Positions 39,658 to 58,200 of a stretch of 64,000 bases of DNA are shown here, one piece after another. Location of the stretch: NCBI GenBank assembly GCA_964016885.1, contig OZ024755.1, positions 5,332,001 to 5,396,000 on the forward strand, read 5' to 3'. Source of the DNA: Eledone cirrhosa (lineage: Eukaryota). Made by a program: the position numbers and the translations under genes. Position 1 is the first letter of the stretch; each line of letters starts with the position of its first letter. The notes under the pieces are model-generated. The model saw nothing but the letters and a program-made list of their open reading frames with translations, was not told the origin of the DNA and ran no database searches.

Positions 39658-40300
39658 GTAAGTCGTTATTGCATAATCTAAATTTTAAACAATTTTTTTC
39701 TCTCCATTTTTTTCTCCATTTTTTTTTTCTCCATTTTTTTTTCTCCATTTTTTTTCATGCTTTATATTCAATATGTTGTTGGAAAAAAATATTAAAATAT
39801 TTTTAAAAATGTAAAACAAACAAATATATGACCAATGTATTTTTCATTTAATTATAACGTTTTTCAGGTTTATGTATAATTTGCAAAATGTATTTTTTTA
39901 TTTTTTTTATTCTTTGGAATGTTCAATAATCATAAAAGTTTCCATCAGCGAAAATATTTTCATTTTTATTAAATTGTTTTAGTATGTAGGCAATAATATC
40001 AAACAGGCAGAAATGGTAGTAAACATTTCAGCTGAAGGGGGGCCAAAAGAGAAATGGCAAATGGCATGGCTTATTCCCCACAAGACGTATTTTGTTTGTG
40101 GCATAAATAATTATTATGAAAATGTTTAAACAATGACTGAATCAGAACCAAGAAGTAGCTGTTTTAAAGCAAAATATAGAAAGAATAAAAATAAAAATAT
40201 CAACAAACCATAATATTTCATGCACAAGTAGATAAACAGAGAAATAAATAAATGAGTGAGTGAATAAAGAGTTGAACTTGAAAATATTTAAAACATTCAG

Positions 40301-40336
<36 letters not shown>

Positions 40337-41582
40337 ATATTATGTGACATAAAACATTTCTTCTTCAGGAAACAGGTATATATTCCTTTTGACATTAGTT
40401 CATTAGTATAAGAAAAGAAATATATATATATCATCATCATTTCATTTTATGTCCGCTTTTTCCCTGCATGCAAGGGTGGGACTAAATATATATATATTAG
40501 AAGCAATAAGAAAGAACAGTTTTATACAAATTAATAGATTCATTAAGTAGAGAATATATATTTCATTGTCATTAGTATACTAAAATAACATAGAATATAT
40601 TTATATATATATATATATTTTCTGATGAAGGACTAGCGTCCAAATGTTTAGATTCTTTTCCTACTATATCAAGCATAAAACTAATATTTTCTTCATTGTA
40701 CTGTGTCGTTTGCTTTGTTGTTTCTGTTTGCCTTTTGCGTAAATGTATGTATACAAATACATATATATATGAACTATTAAAATTAAGAATTTCTATTTCT
40801 ATTTGTCTGTATAGAGAATTCAGCAAAAGCAATCGAATTTAGTATGAAAATTGTTTTGAATAATAATAATAGTCTTAAACATAATCTCTTTTGCCTAAAA
40901 TAACTTCCAGTACATTCTTGATCCCTGGAACATTGTAAACCATTTTAAAATGTTGCTTATTTTATTAACATGGAAAAGTAATTTCTGGCCATTCATAGAA
41001 GGGAGATAATTGAGAATGAAAGAAGAGGTGAAAGAGATAGTAAGAAATATATAGAGAGCATTGAACTAAATAAATTATATATCTATGTTCATTAGTTCAT
41101 TATTTGAGCAATAGTGAGAACAGTAACTATATGTATTAATGTGTTCACTACATGTGTATGTATATACACTCAATGTACATATATATATATATATAAGCAA
41201 CGAGTTTCTACACAGTTTCTCTTTTTCAAATTTCAACCCAGAGCTATATTTAAAAAAAACAACAAAAAAACAACAACGAAACACACTTTCCCAAAGTGTC
41301 ATGTAGCGGGAGTGAATCCTGTAAAGTGAATTTCTAAGCCACACAGCCAAGTCTGGATCTATATTAAATGATATTTCATATAAATCAAATATACATTGGT
41401 AGATTTGTGCAATCAGTAGCCACTCCACTAACTTTTATATTTCTGCACTGTTAGATGTAAATTAAAATTACCCAGTTATAGCTACAATACAACTATAATA
41501 TTATATATTCATAATATGTTTTAACATTAGGATGTCATTTATGTTATTAATTAGTTAATGTTCTGTACTGTATAAAACCACA

Positions 41583-41994
41583 TTAACCCTTTACCATTTA
41601 CATTACTCTATATATACTATGGTATTTTCAGGGCGGTGGATTGGCAGTATCGGTAGAGAGTCGGATGCCATGCTTTGCAGCATAGTTACGGCTCTTTACG
41701 GTCTGAGTTCAAATCCTGCCGAGGTTAACTTTGCCTTTCATCCTTATGAGGTCGATAAAATAAAGTACCAGTACTGGGATAATTGCTGGCCTTGTGCCAA
41801 AAGTAAAAACAATTATATTTTCACGGTAAAGGCTTTATCTCACTTAATTATCTCACATAATATTGAATCTATGAGATTTTGAAAGTATTTATTTTGAGAA
41901 CAATACCTTAACATCAGTTTGAGTGACCAGTTACAGCCAGTTACAACAGAAAAAGGTAGAGAATTCTGGCCAGTTTTGAACACTAAAGGGTTAA
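41583..41994. mobile_element. piggyBac-like MITE family 1 interrupted by SINE A
   Basis: TTAA ends; body split at the SINE TSD. Confidence 0.85.
41631..41815 (+). mobile_element. SINE family A with 8-bp TSD, nested in a piggyBac-like MITE
   Basis: TSD tattttca at 41623-41630 and 41816-41823. Confidence 0.9.
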
Positions 41995-42085
41995 TAAGAT
42001 ATTCTTGAAAAGTACAAAACACTATAACTGCATCATATTAAAACTGATTCTGTATTTTGACATTACAATATTAGATTTTATAAGG

Positions 42086-42261
42086 TCAAGACCCACCTAG
42101 GGATAGACCCTGAACAAGATGGTTGGATAACATCCATGAGATCGGCTGATCTCGTTTGGGGATCTAGCTGGATTAGTTGGAAATGATTGCTTCTGACAGG
42201 AGTGTTTGAGGACTCTGCCCCCACGACCCTCTCAGGAATAAGTGGGTAAGAAGAAGAAGAA
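42086..42261 (+). mobile_element. Expander/Rex3-like RTE 3' end with (AAG)n tail
   Basis: Manual translation PRDRP*TRWLDNI...SRLGI...IASDRSV with stops, then gaagaagaaga. Confidence 0.65.
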
Positions 42262-44431
42262 TATTAGATACTGCTCAGTTATTTTTATATAATATCAATG
42301 TTTTTTTTTTGACATTGTGAGATTTTGTTTATTGAATATATTTGATTTTCATTTCAATTATTTTTCAATAAAAATTTAGTTCATTTTTTCTCCATAAAAC
42401 ATTTTAACAATCTGATAAAATTTCAATTATAAATCTGTTGAATCATTACAAGATGTTAAGAGTTATATTAACATGTTTATAGATTTTTAAGTGGGAAGTT
42501 ACTTAGCAGGAGTGACCTTTTGAAACCTAACAACATATTCTACCTTTAATTCCACAGTTTACCAAAATAAAAAAAATGAATAATAATCCATTTAAGATGT
42601 CAACTAGAATTTTATCCTAGAAATTAACCAGGGTTCCAAGTGTCATTTTGAATTTTGGAAAGGCTTTCATCTTTCCAAACCTATCAATAATTGCTGATGT
42701 TAATAAAAATGTATGACAGGTATATTATTCAAATATTTAAATGTTTAGTACTGGGATACAATTTCACTTTGAAGGGCACTAAATAATGCGCACACACACT
42801 ATATATATCATCATCATTGTTTAACGTCTATCTTCCACGCTAGCATGGGTATATATATATATAATGTATGTATATACCAGTAGTATACTACCAAGGTCAA
42901 TCTAGTGATCTGTATATAAATCCTGGCCTTGTATATAGCCAAAAGAAATCAATAATCAAGTATAGAAATGTCTTGCAGAGTGCTAAGCTGATTAAAGTAA
43001 AGAAGAGATTGGCCTGTTGTTACTGCTGAATAAGATCAACGAAGATATTTAGTCTGCCAGTTAATGGTAGTCAGTGCAGCAGAGAACTCACTGCTATCTG
43101 CTTACATATTCTTGATAAAGGTACCTTAGTTACATATTATGTCCCCGTTACATCCCTGTTACACTCCTGTTACACTCCTGTTACATCCATATTATGTCCA
43201 TATCAGATCCCTGTTACATCCATTTCCTTGTAAAAATAAAATAAAGAGGAAATTACATTGTTTTTTTTTCTATAGAATAAATATATTTGTTAAAATATTT
43301 GTAAATACTATTCAGAAAAAAACAAAATTCTTATATCAGCCCAATATTAAATTAAACAGTTTATATATATATGTATATAGCTGGATTTCATTTTTCTATT
43401 CATTCTAATTAGAAGACAGTTTACATTAATTATTCTTAGATGTGAATCAATCAATGGAGAGATTACATGAAGAAGATATAACTTGAAAGAAGATCATACA
43501 AGATTACTATAGAAATAAAGATAGAATAATTACAAGTTAACCCATTTCTGATCATATTTCTAATGAAATTCACTGTCTGTGTTACAATTAATTTTGAAAG
43601 TAAGAAAAACTTTCGAAGAATGTAATAAAGTAATTAATTTGATGTTTGAAGGATTACCTACTAGAAAGCTCTTTATATATAAAATTATAATGGAATGTTT
43701 TAATATAAATCTAGACATTTTTAAATGAGCAGTTTTGTAACACAGAACCAAAGTCTGTTCCAGACAGCCTGGTATCAAGAGAGAATAACTGTAGTATATC
43801 AACCGTAATAATATGTGATGTGATGTGTGTGTGTGTTTGTGGCTCTTTAAAATTTACACACATATACACATAATGCATTTCCTATCACAGTTATGTTGCT
43901 ACAATAAGAAGTTCACTTTCTAGTCACAAGATTGTGGGCTCTAATCCTACATTTGTCTCTGAATAGTTATTTCTCCAAAGTTACTCATACATTTCATTCT
44001 GTATGCAGATATTTGGCTTTCTAAATGGCACACCTAATTTTAAAATTACCTTGAGTTTTTCAGTTGTGTGGCCTGCATTGGTTTTGAGCTACATCCAATG
44101 TGACCCACTGTTAAAAAAAAGGTGGTCTATGCCTAGATTTATGACATCATAGTATTGCTTTTGTAATGCACAAAGTTTTAAATTGATAAGAAGAAATAAG
44201 ATGAAAAATAGGTCTGAGATTAGGTGATGTTCATACTTTCCTTAATGGCATTAATTAATTATTATAGATGAAATAGAATTACAATAACTAATAACTGAAT
44301 CTAGATTATATATTTGACTAATAGGAGAGACTTACCCCTTTGCTTGTCAGTAATTCTCACAAACTTAAGGTCTTCTTATAGAATTTCAAGTTTATCACTA
44401 GAGAAAGAATATATTTTATTCCACATTATAT

Positions 44432-44590
44432 GGGCATGGCTGTGTGGTTAAGGTGTTCACTTCACAACCATATGGTTTTGGGTTCAATTCCAGTGTGTGG
44501 CACTTTGGGCATGTGTCTCCTACTAAGAGTCGGGTTGAGCAGGACTTTGTGAGAGAAATTTGGTGGACAGAAACTACAGAAACTCATTAT
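44432..44590 (+). mobile_element. tRNA-derived SINE family C (other degenerate copies near 12430-12540, 19340-19400, 50100-50260)
   Basis: tggctgtgtggttaagg...gggttcaattcc...tttggtggacagaaact, followed by microsatellite. Confidence 0.7.
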
Positions 44591-44609
44591 ATACATATCA
44601 TCATCATCG

Positions 44610-44769
44610 TGTATATATATATATATATATACATACTTATATATACATATACATATAATCATCATCGCGTGTATATATATATATATATATACACATACTT
44701 ATATATACATATACATATACACATATCATCATCGTGTACATATATATATACACACATATATATATACAC

Positions 44770-44802
<33 letters not shown>

Positions 44803-45339
44803 TAGATATACACATATATAGATATACACACATATATAGATATACATATATATAGATATACACACATATATAGATATACATACATATAGATATACACACA
44901 TATATAGATATACATACATATATATATACACATATATAGATATACATACATATATATATACACATATATAGATATACATACATATATATATATATACATA
45001 CATATATATACACATACATACATATACACATACATACATATACACATACACACATATATACATACACACATATACACACACACATATACACATACACACA
45101 TATACACATACACACATACACACATACACACATATATACATACACACATATATACATACACACATATATACATACACACATATATACATACACATATATA
45201 TATATATACATACATACACACATATATACATACACATATATATATATATATACATACATACACACATATATATATATATATATATACATACATACACACA
45301 TATATATATATACATACACATATATACATATATATATAT
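44610..45339. repeat. TA/CA/GA compound microsatellite
   Basis: Direct inspection. Confidence 0.95.
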
Positions 45340-45686
45340 CAAAATGAAAATCCGAAGGCAAGGTAAAATTCCAATCATTTAATCACGCCACATGTGTCAA
45401 TAAGAGATAGATCGATTGTGAAGCCATGATCGATTATCACTGACTGAAATTCTTGATATGAGGGAGAAAAAAATAACGATGTTCTCTCACAGAATTCATT
45501 CCCTCATATGACACACCAGTCTGAAACATGGCGACTGCTATTAGCTTCAGTTGAGGTCATAAAAGTTGTCAGATTTCTATCGCTGCAAAAGACGCTGGAC
45601 ATCAATAAAATCAGTCAGTCACAGTTAATGTGAGTGGGTACACATACATTCCACACCTACATACACCAGCTCGATGTCAAAGAAAA

Positions 45687-48598
<2,912 letters not shown>

Positions 48599-48600
48599 TA

Positions 48601-48822
48601 GCTACGGGTTATATACCAACCCGCTTGGACCAAAGTATGACTGAACTTGGATTTGCGGACAAAAAGCGCACCTCCCTAATTCAAATGGCTGCGATAGCTG
48701 GCACCTTCAAAATTTGCAAAACATTCTTGCGATTCAAGGGATGACAATTTCTTTTCTTTTACAACCTTGCCACCAGGAAGCTGGCCGGTCAAAAAAAAAT
48801 ATATTCGAAATTAAAATGAAAT
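48601..48822 (+). mobile_element. 3' end of an R4/Dong-like RLE non-LTR element inside a microsatellite
   Basis: 48601-48744 translates [17 protein letters not shown]...IQMAAIAGTFKICKTFLRFKG*; flanked by (TACA)n. Confidence 0.7.
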
Positions 48823-49427
48823 ACATATACACATACATACACATATATACATACATACATACATGGTGGCTGCCAACTCGTTTTCGAGTACGGCCACTAC
48901 TTTATATCCTTGTAGGAAAACTCCTACCAATGCGCTGAACGAGTGTGACTTTTTTAACAGCTAGCGACTTGAAAACTCTGGTACAAACACTATACTTGTG
49001 ACAATTATTGACACATAGTGCTGGGCCCATGGTACCATGTGACGACAAGTGCAGAGAGATCTCCAGATATAAAGCAATGCCTGTGCCGTGAAGCTTTTAT
49101 AGTGAGCAAAGGCACTGCACAAAGCCAGTCCCACTCTCTTAACCAAGATGATATTTACCAAAAAGAAGAACAAGTCAACATCATTGGATGCCATCAGGGT
49201 TGCAGGTGTTATATCAGAGTTTTCCTTCTCATAGAATTCTGCCTTGACAAAGGCTAAGGGGTCATCTCTCCCGGTGATTTTTGATGGCCATTGACTCATA
49301 AGAGCTCCTTTGCCCTTTGACAGGTTTTGTTTTTATTCCTGCAGGATGTCCAAAGTAATCCTCCTCACCAAGAAACCTTGGTGGGGTTGCCAGTTTAGTC
49401 GCCAACGACCCGACCATGAGACAGGTT

Positions 49428-49762
<335 letters not shown>

Positions 49763-50277
49763 GTGTGTGTTGTGTTCATGATTATGTCTTGTAACTTAAT
49801 GGTCTGACAAAAAAGGAAGAGGCCTATAAAACAAGTGCCAGACTTTAAAAAAAATGTACTGTAGTTGATATGAACAACTAAATCCCTTTAAGGCAGTGAC
49901 CCAGCATGGCCGCAGTCTAATAACTGAAACTAGTAAAAGAATAAAAGAATTATTAATACAATATTTAAGCACAAGGTCATTCATCTAGAGAGAGAATACA
50001 ATAAAGGCAAATGAGATCGTGTCGTGTTAATGTATTTATCAAGAATATAAATAATAAACTCTAGATTTTATTGAAAAACTGTTTTACAGTGTAAATAACA
50101 CATGGCTGTAGTATGGCCAAAGGATTAAGAGGTTTGGTTTGAGATCCTAGGTTCAATACCACAGTCTGGCCACTTGGACAAGGGTCATTTACCATAGCCT
50201 TGGGTTGATATAAACCGTGTGAGTGAAACTATGTAGACAGAGACTGTTTGGAAGTCTGTCAAATGGACTGACTGTTC

Positions 50278-50506
50278 TTCACCATTTACATTACTCTATA
50301 TATACTATTATATTTACTATGATATTTTCATGGTAAAGGCTTTACCTCACATAATTATCTCAAATAATATCAAATCTATGAGATTTTAATATTTATTTTG
50401 AGAACAATACTTTAAAGTCATATGAAGGGCCAGTTATGGCTGGTTTGAACACAAAGAGGTGAGAGAATTCTGGCATGATATGGCCAATTTAAAGGCTAAA
50501 GGGTTA
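50278..50506. mobile_element. piggyBac-like MITE family 1
   Basis: Same body; left TIR degenerate. Confidence 0.8.
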
Positions 50507-51824
50507 GACCCTTGTCACACAATGTGTTACACTGAATCTCCCGGAGAATTTACATTAAGGATTCATGTGTCTATAGAATGCTCAGCCACTTACATGTTAA
50601 ATTCAGAAGCAGGCTACACCCATCCTTGAAAGCAATGGAGATTCATTCCAGTTCATTCCACAACACATTGTTTGTCTTCTTATTTTGATATGTTCAACAA
50701 CGAGAAGAATTCAATTTGGGAATTATCTTTCAGGTCTATTCTTATCTAAAGACCAATGAATTGTAATGGAATTTCAATCCATAACTTGCGTGTGTTTTAA
50801 AATATTTATAATTTGTAAATGTTGCATAGGGTTCCTAAGGAAAATATTCTCTTTGATTCATTTTATATTGAAAAGGATCAAGAAGTTAGAAATTAAAATT
50901 TTTTTTTAAAGATTAAATTTACTAAATATTTTTGTAAGCAAATAAATAAATAATTTAAAGAATGGAGAGAAAAAATGAAAAAGTTGAGAAAAATTGCTTA
51001 AACATTTTTTTCGGAAGATGATGAAATTATCTTAGAAAATATAGACTGTTTCCTGAAGAAGAAACCAAAATGTTAAAACATTTCAGAATAAATTCCTACA
51101 ATAAATGCTTAAAAAAATTAAATGGAAAAAAAAATGACAAACAATTTTAAAAAAGAATAAACAAAAACATTAATGAAACAACACAAACATTCTACATTTT
51201 GTTGCATATTCGAAAGGAAACTGAAAAAATGAATACAAATAAACACACACATATATATATGTTTACATGCAAATATGTATGTGTGTGTGTATTCATGGGT
51301 ATGTATATAAATGTATGTGTGTGTGTGTATTTATGTATATGTGTGAATATATGAGTTATGCAATTATGCATATATATATATACATATATAGATATACAAA
51401 CATACATATCCACACATTATTTATTTACATAACTATAAATCTTCAATCAAATTATATAATAAACATGTATTCTATAGATTAAATTTAAGAAAAAAAACAT
51501 TTCATATTCATTTTCAAATTGAAAAAATTACACATTAGCTCATCTTTTGAAAAAAAATTACACTGATACAATTTTTTGCGATAATTTTAAAGTTTGATTT
51601 CTTTTATAATTATTGTATGAATCTATATTAATTTGGATGTAGTTGATATAAGTGTTTTTCTGCTAAAATTTACATATCTTTGAATTTGAAAAAAGAAATC
51701 ATTATTCATAATAAAATAAATGTTTATTATTAAGGGTTGTGTATCTGGTTTAGAATCGATTCACTATAATTCTGCATGTTGTACAAGTATCTGTCAGTAT
51801 TAACAATTTTTTTTGTGGGTTTAC

Positions 51825-52003
51825 TTACACCTCTGCCAAGAGTTGTGGCCAGCAGATGGTATCAGTAATGGAAACATAGTTTCTTTGATCAGATCTGATG
51901 ATAAGGTCTTTTTTTCTTTTTTTAACAATTACAGACCTGTCAACTCTCCTCGTCCAATGGGGAGATCTCCCAACCACTTTGAGGTGGGTGAGAGATGTCT
52001 TCT
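51825..52003 (-). CDS. Candidate phase-1 terminal exon (59 codons, ends LLAEV*)
   Basis: Acceptor ccattttcaatag; open frame; a gtaagt donor overlaps the stop. Confidence 0.3.
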
Positions 52004-53515
52004 CTATTGAAAATGGTTATAGCTTTCATTATGTAAAATCTCCCCATTTTAGGGCACTTTTTTTTTCATGGTACTCCACGTTTGGGTATTTAGAGGTTTG
52101 CAGGTCTGCAATTGGGAGGACCGAGTCATTGGGAGTTAAGTATTTTGGCCAGAAACACAGGACAGCACCTGCGGCAAGATCCATTGACCATTTAGTTGGT
52201 TTCATGGTATGTCTTAATCATGTCTCACTCTGGAATTTTTAGCTTAGTTCTGTTATAGATATATTTTTATGAACACTTCCGAATAATGGAATTCAAAGAA
52301 GAAATTTTCAAGTTTCTATTGAAGCATAAAATAAGTGTGGAACCCAATTCTTTCAGTCACAGATAATCTTTTCATGTCTTCTTAGTGCTATCACACTTTT
52401 CTTCACCGTTAAATAATATACAGTGCACAGAATAAAGTGATTTCATTGGAAAGACAATGAAATATATTGGCAATAAACTTAAACTTATGATTTATGTATG
52501 AGCTTGTGGTCTAATCGCTTACTTTTTCAATAATCCTTCTTCTTCAGAAATACAAATAAACACAAGTAGTATTAGTAGTAGTGAGTTTTGGACTTTTTCA
52601 ACTGTTTAACACTTAAATCTCAACAGTGAAAACAGTCACATGTACGTATTGATGTGTATATATATGTGTATATATATATATGTATATATACTGCAATAGA
52701 CAAATATCTATGCGTCCCCATGAATTTAAACAGTCAAAAGTAGTTATTTAGGAATTATTACAATAATCAAACTATTAACTTTTCTCTGACCTTTTATTAT
52801 ATTTCTATATTTCATTGGAACTAGAGGCAGGCAAACTCACAGACATAGTGTCTTAGATGTGAAAGTCCAAACTTTTATCTAATTTCATCTTATATATTCA
52901 AAGTTCTCTTCTGCTCTGATGGTAACTATGTTCTAACCAGACACAATATTTGTACAACTTTTCAAAATTTGTCTGAAACATTTTTTTTATTCAATGGTTT
53001 ATACAATAACTTAATGCTTATTTCATGAAATAATTGTTGTATGTTTTAAAAGAAAAGTTAAAATGTTAGGGTATATTTTTAAAATTAATTTCTATATTTA
53101 CATGTAAAAAAATAACAACAACAAAAACAACAACATATTTATATTATGTAAAGCATGGATCATTAAATAAATTCTGCTTATAAAAACATATTAAATCTTT
53201 ACTGTATAGTGACTTATATAATTTAAATCACTTGTGTATTGTCATATACTTGAATATAAGCTGAGGAATATGTGACCAAAACATTGATGGTAAAATGGGT
53301 GGAGGGTCTTATATTCGAGTATATATAATATATAATTCAAATCACTTGTGTACTGTCTGTCAAGCTGATATAATCATATTTCAGAGACCAGCAACTTTTT
53401 TTCTAATTGCCAATTTTGATATTTTGGTAGTTTTGTTTATGACCCACAAGTTCATTATATATCTTACATATAAACATTTCCAAAAGGGCCGAGAACACCT
53501 CAATGACCCACTTAC

Positions 53516-53557
53516 AGACAAAGGCCCTCCTATTGCAGAGATCCGCTTTATTATAAC
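53516..53557 (-). CDS. Candidate 42-nt exon (or phase-1 terminal exon to 53403)
   Basis: Acceptor atttcacatttatttag, donor gtaagt. Confidence 0.3.
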
Positions 53558-54618
53558 CTAAATAAATGTGAAATTAGAATTTTGTCATTGCTAAATCCTT
53601 GTTTGCAAATCTAATTTGAAGTTTAAAACATCCCCGCTTCTATTACAGTAGAAACAAATATGCTTTCATATACAGAATTATTTGAGTGTGTACCTGTGCA
53701 TACATGCATTTGTATATTAACTCTTAACATCTTGTAATGATTTAACAGAAAATATCTAGAAATAAATTTGTGTTAATTCAAATATTTACAGTATCTTTAT
53801 TGTAGGACAGATCATTGTAAAAATTTGCAATATTAGAGTAAGGACTTCACTTATTAATGTGATGCAGTCATAGTGCTGTTTTATATGTATAGTTTTCAAG
53901 TTCAAGAATGTCTTGTTAACGTGGTCTCTTGTGATTACAGGACATTAAGAGTTAAAATATAGGCAAAAAACAAACGAGGAAATCAAAATAGGAAGCAAAC
54001 TACACCAACAATAACAAAAAAAAACTACATAACGATAAGAAATAGCTAAAATAAAGAATAAACATACATTAAGATTTGAAGAACAGGTGAAAAAATATAT
54101 ATAAGTTATAAAACAAAAGTAAACATATAAATGAATCAATGATTAAGAAAAGTAAAAGAAAAGCAGAAATATTTCAAGTAAAGAAAAAAAAAAACAAAAC
54201 AAGCTTTTTTGTTTGCTTTGAAATTGCATCCTTCTTGATTCTGATTGTAGTCTGGATGTGCCAATATAAGAGTCAATTTGCTCTATCATCGCTGTGGTTA
54301 AAGATAGCATTGCCGGTAACAGTGATAGCGATTTGTAATTATAGTTTATTTTTATAGTTATAAGGTGGTGTGGGGATATGGTAACAGGGATTTGGTGGGT
54401 CTGATGTTGACTGTTTCAATATATATATAGGCATATGCAATAGAAATGTATATATTATATATTATACATGTGTGTACACATACACACATGTATATATATG
54501 TATGTATATAATATATATACACAATACATACATTTATATACATATATATATATATACATATATATATATACATATATATACACAATACATACATTTATAT
54601 ACATATATATATATATAC

Positions 54619-54655
<37 letters not shown>

Positions 54656-54806
54656 CTCAATACATACATTTATACATATGGCTACATATATATCTATGAG
54701 TCTATACACTGATGGTTTTCTGCTTTTTATTGATTTTAAAAATTTCTATTACACAAAATTTTAAATGTTTGAATATATGTTTGATATGTGTGTGTATGTA
54801 TGTATA

Positions 54807-54847
<41 letters not shown>

Positions 54848-56492
54848 TTGTTGTAAGGTAGCAAATGCGTCCGTCATCATCATTTCATTTTACGGCCGCT
54901 TTTCCCTTCTTGCAAAGGTATATATATATATATATATATATAATAATGTGTGCTTGTGTGATTTTGTGTTGGTGTGTCTTTATTTTCAGCCCAAGAATTG
55001 ATATATTTAGAATTGCCTGCTAAGTAACAAAAAGAAGAAACAACAAAATGAAGTTTCTGTATCTTAATACTTGCTCTTCAGATAAGCATATCTATAGTTA
55101 CATAGCAGAATATGTAATTATATTCATTCACACAAATCATACATTCACGTATTTGTTATCTGTGAATTTGTCATTGATTTTATTGGCTGTATCTGTTTTA
55201 GATTTAGATAAATATTTTCGTTTATTGGGGTTCAGCCAAAATTTCAATGGAGAGATGTAATTAAATGGGGTCCACTACATGCCTGTTTTAAATTTCTTTT
55301 ATCAATCCAGTCAGAATGTGGAGGGGGGGGGGGGGGAGGGGAGGGGGTGTAAATAATTGGAGAGTGCGCTCAATATATTCTTGTTTTAAATTTGTTTTAT
55401 TAAATTACTCAGAAATGGTAGGTACCATTAATGGTCGCTGGGCCTTGCAAATTGATTAAATGATATTCATTTGAATTTTTTGGATTTCAAACTCTTCAGA
55501 TGGGTGGGAATAATCCCTTTCAGATGAAAGAAACAGCGGAGAGGTAATCCTTGAATCTTGGTCAGAAATTATTGGGAAAAAACCTCAATGAATGCAGGGA
55601 TTCGGTGGGGACAAAAGAGATTAAGAGTGGTGATGGAACAAGATGTCTCAGAGAAAGAGAGAGACATACGTCCATATATATATATATATATATATCATTA
55701 ATGGTCATGGAAATGAGTACTCAATGCAATAGTAGAGTTATTGCCTGAAACTACCGAGTAACAAGATGCTGACTCAACTCTAATAAAATTCCCTCTCTCT
55801 CCCTCTCTTCCTCTCCATACACACATATATACACATATATACACATATATACACATATACACACATATATACACATATATACACATATATACACACAAAC
55901 ATACCAGTATGCAGAACATTACAGTCAATAGATCCATAAAAGATTGGGTGTGACGGAGAATCAAGAAAGAATATCAAAAAGCCAGACATCAGATATATGT
56001 TACACTGTAACATATATATGTTACAAATATATGTTACAATGTAACAAATATATGTTACATTGTAACAAAGAATGTGACTGATTTTTTTCACAATCCAAAG
56101 CCCTTCCAGTTTTATTTAATAACAATAACAAAAACATAACCAAAACAAAAAAGAACTTTATAGATATCTGTATTGATTATTATTATTATGATTGTGATGA
56201 TGATGGTGATGGCCTGAAGGCTCTCGGTGAAAATGTGACAATAAACAATTAAAGTCGTTTCAGTCATCATTAAGATAACGATGAAGACATGGTAAGGAGT
56301 ATTATTACATATATCTGTATTGCTGCTACTGTATTGAAACATGGTGGTGGTGATGATGATTGAGAATAGACTGAAGATATATAGGAATTTATATATATAT
56401 ATATATATAATTGTGTGTATATATCATCATCATCATCATCATCATCGGTTAACGTCCATATATTGATACCTTGAATGTAATGTATATATTAG

Positions 56493-56552
<60 letters not shown>

Positions 56553-56659
56553 GCATGTTTACATAGATGTAGAAATGTATATATATAAATACACATATAT
56601 GAGTATATATATACATACATGCACATAGATGTATAAATGCATATATAAATACACAATGA

Positions 56660-56661
56660 TC

Positions 56662-56703
<42 letters not shown>

Positions 56704-58149
56704 CATATATGTGTATATAATCATATATGTGTATATAATCATATATATATATATATATAATCATATATGTGTATATAATCATATATGTGTATATAATCAT
56801 ATATATATATATATAATCATATATATATGTGTATATAATCATATATATATATATATATATATAATCATATATATATATATATATAATCATATATATATAT
56901 ATATATAATCATATATATATATATATATAATCATATATATATATATATATAATTATATATATATATATAATCATATATATATATATAATTATATATATAT
57001 ATATAATTATATATATATATATATAATTATATATATATATATAATTATATATATATATATAATTATATATATATATATAATCATATATATATATATAATC
57101 ATATATATATATATAATCATATATGTGTATATAATCATGTGTATATAATCATATATATATATATATATAATCATATATGTGTATATAATCATATATGTGT
57201 ATATAATCATATGTGTATATAATCATATGTGTATATAATCATATATGTGTATATAATCATATATGTGTATATAATCATATATGTGTATATAATCATATAT
57301 GTGTATATAATCATATATGTGTATATAATCATATATGTGTATATAATCATATATGTGTATATAATCATATATGTGTATATAATCATATATGTGTATATAA
57401 TCATATATGTGTATATAATCATATATGTGTATATAATCATATATGTGTATATAATCATATATGTGTATATAATCATATATGTGTATATAATCATATATGT
57501 GTATATAATCATATATGTATATATAATCATATATGTATATATAATCATATATATATATAATCATATATATATATAATCATATATGTATATATATAATCAT
57601 ATATGTGTATATATAATCATATATGTGTATATAATCATATATATATATATATATATAATCATATATGTGTATATAATCATATATATATATATATAATCAT
57701 ATATGTGTATATAATCATATATATATATATATATATAATCATATATGTGTATTTATATATATATATATATATAATCATATATGTGTATTTATATATATAT
57801 ATATATATATAATCATATATGTGTATTTATATATATATATATATATATAATCATATATGTGTATTTATATATATATATATATAATCATATATGTGTATAT
57901 AATCATATATATATATATAATCATATATGTGTATTTATATATATATATATAATCATATATGTGTATTTATATATATATATATAATCATATATGTGTATTT
58001 ATATATATATATATAATCATATATGTGTATTTATATATATATATAATCATATATGTGTATTTATATATATATATATAATCATATATGTGTATTTATATAT
58101 ATATATAATCATATATGTGTATTTATTTATATATATAATCATATATGTG

Positions 58150-58192
<43 letters not shown>

Positions 58193-58200
58193 CACATATA
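56660..58200. repeat. TAATCATATATGTGTATA-type 18-bp satellite grown from (TA)n
   Basis: Regular 18-mers at about 57230-57510 with variable-length flanking units. Confidence 0.95.

Noticed and set aside
48961-49420. ORFs in a GC-richer island
   Set aside because: Shares the ccttctc..ga...gacaaaggcta.ggggtc motif with 30240-30300, so it is probably a dispersed repeat; the family could not be assigned.
53500-53557. DLCN / FVCK as Ly6 or C-type lectin motif
   Set aside because: Too short, spacing is non-canonical and no supporting neighbouring exons were found.
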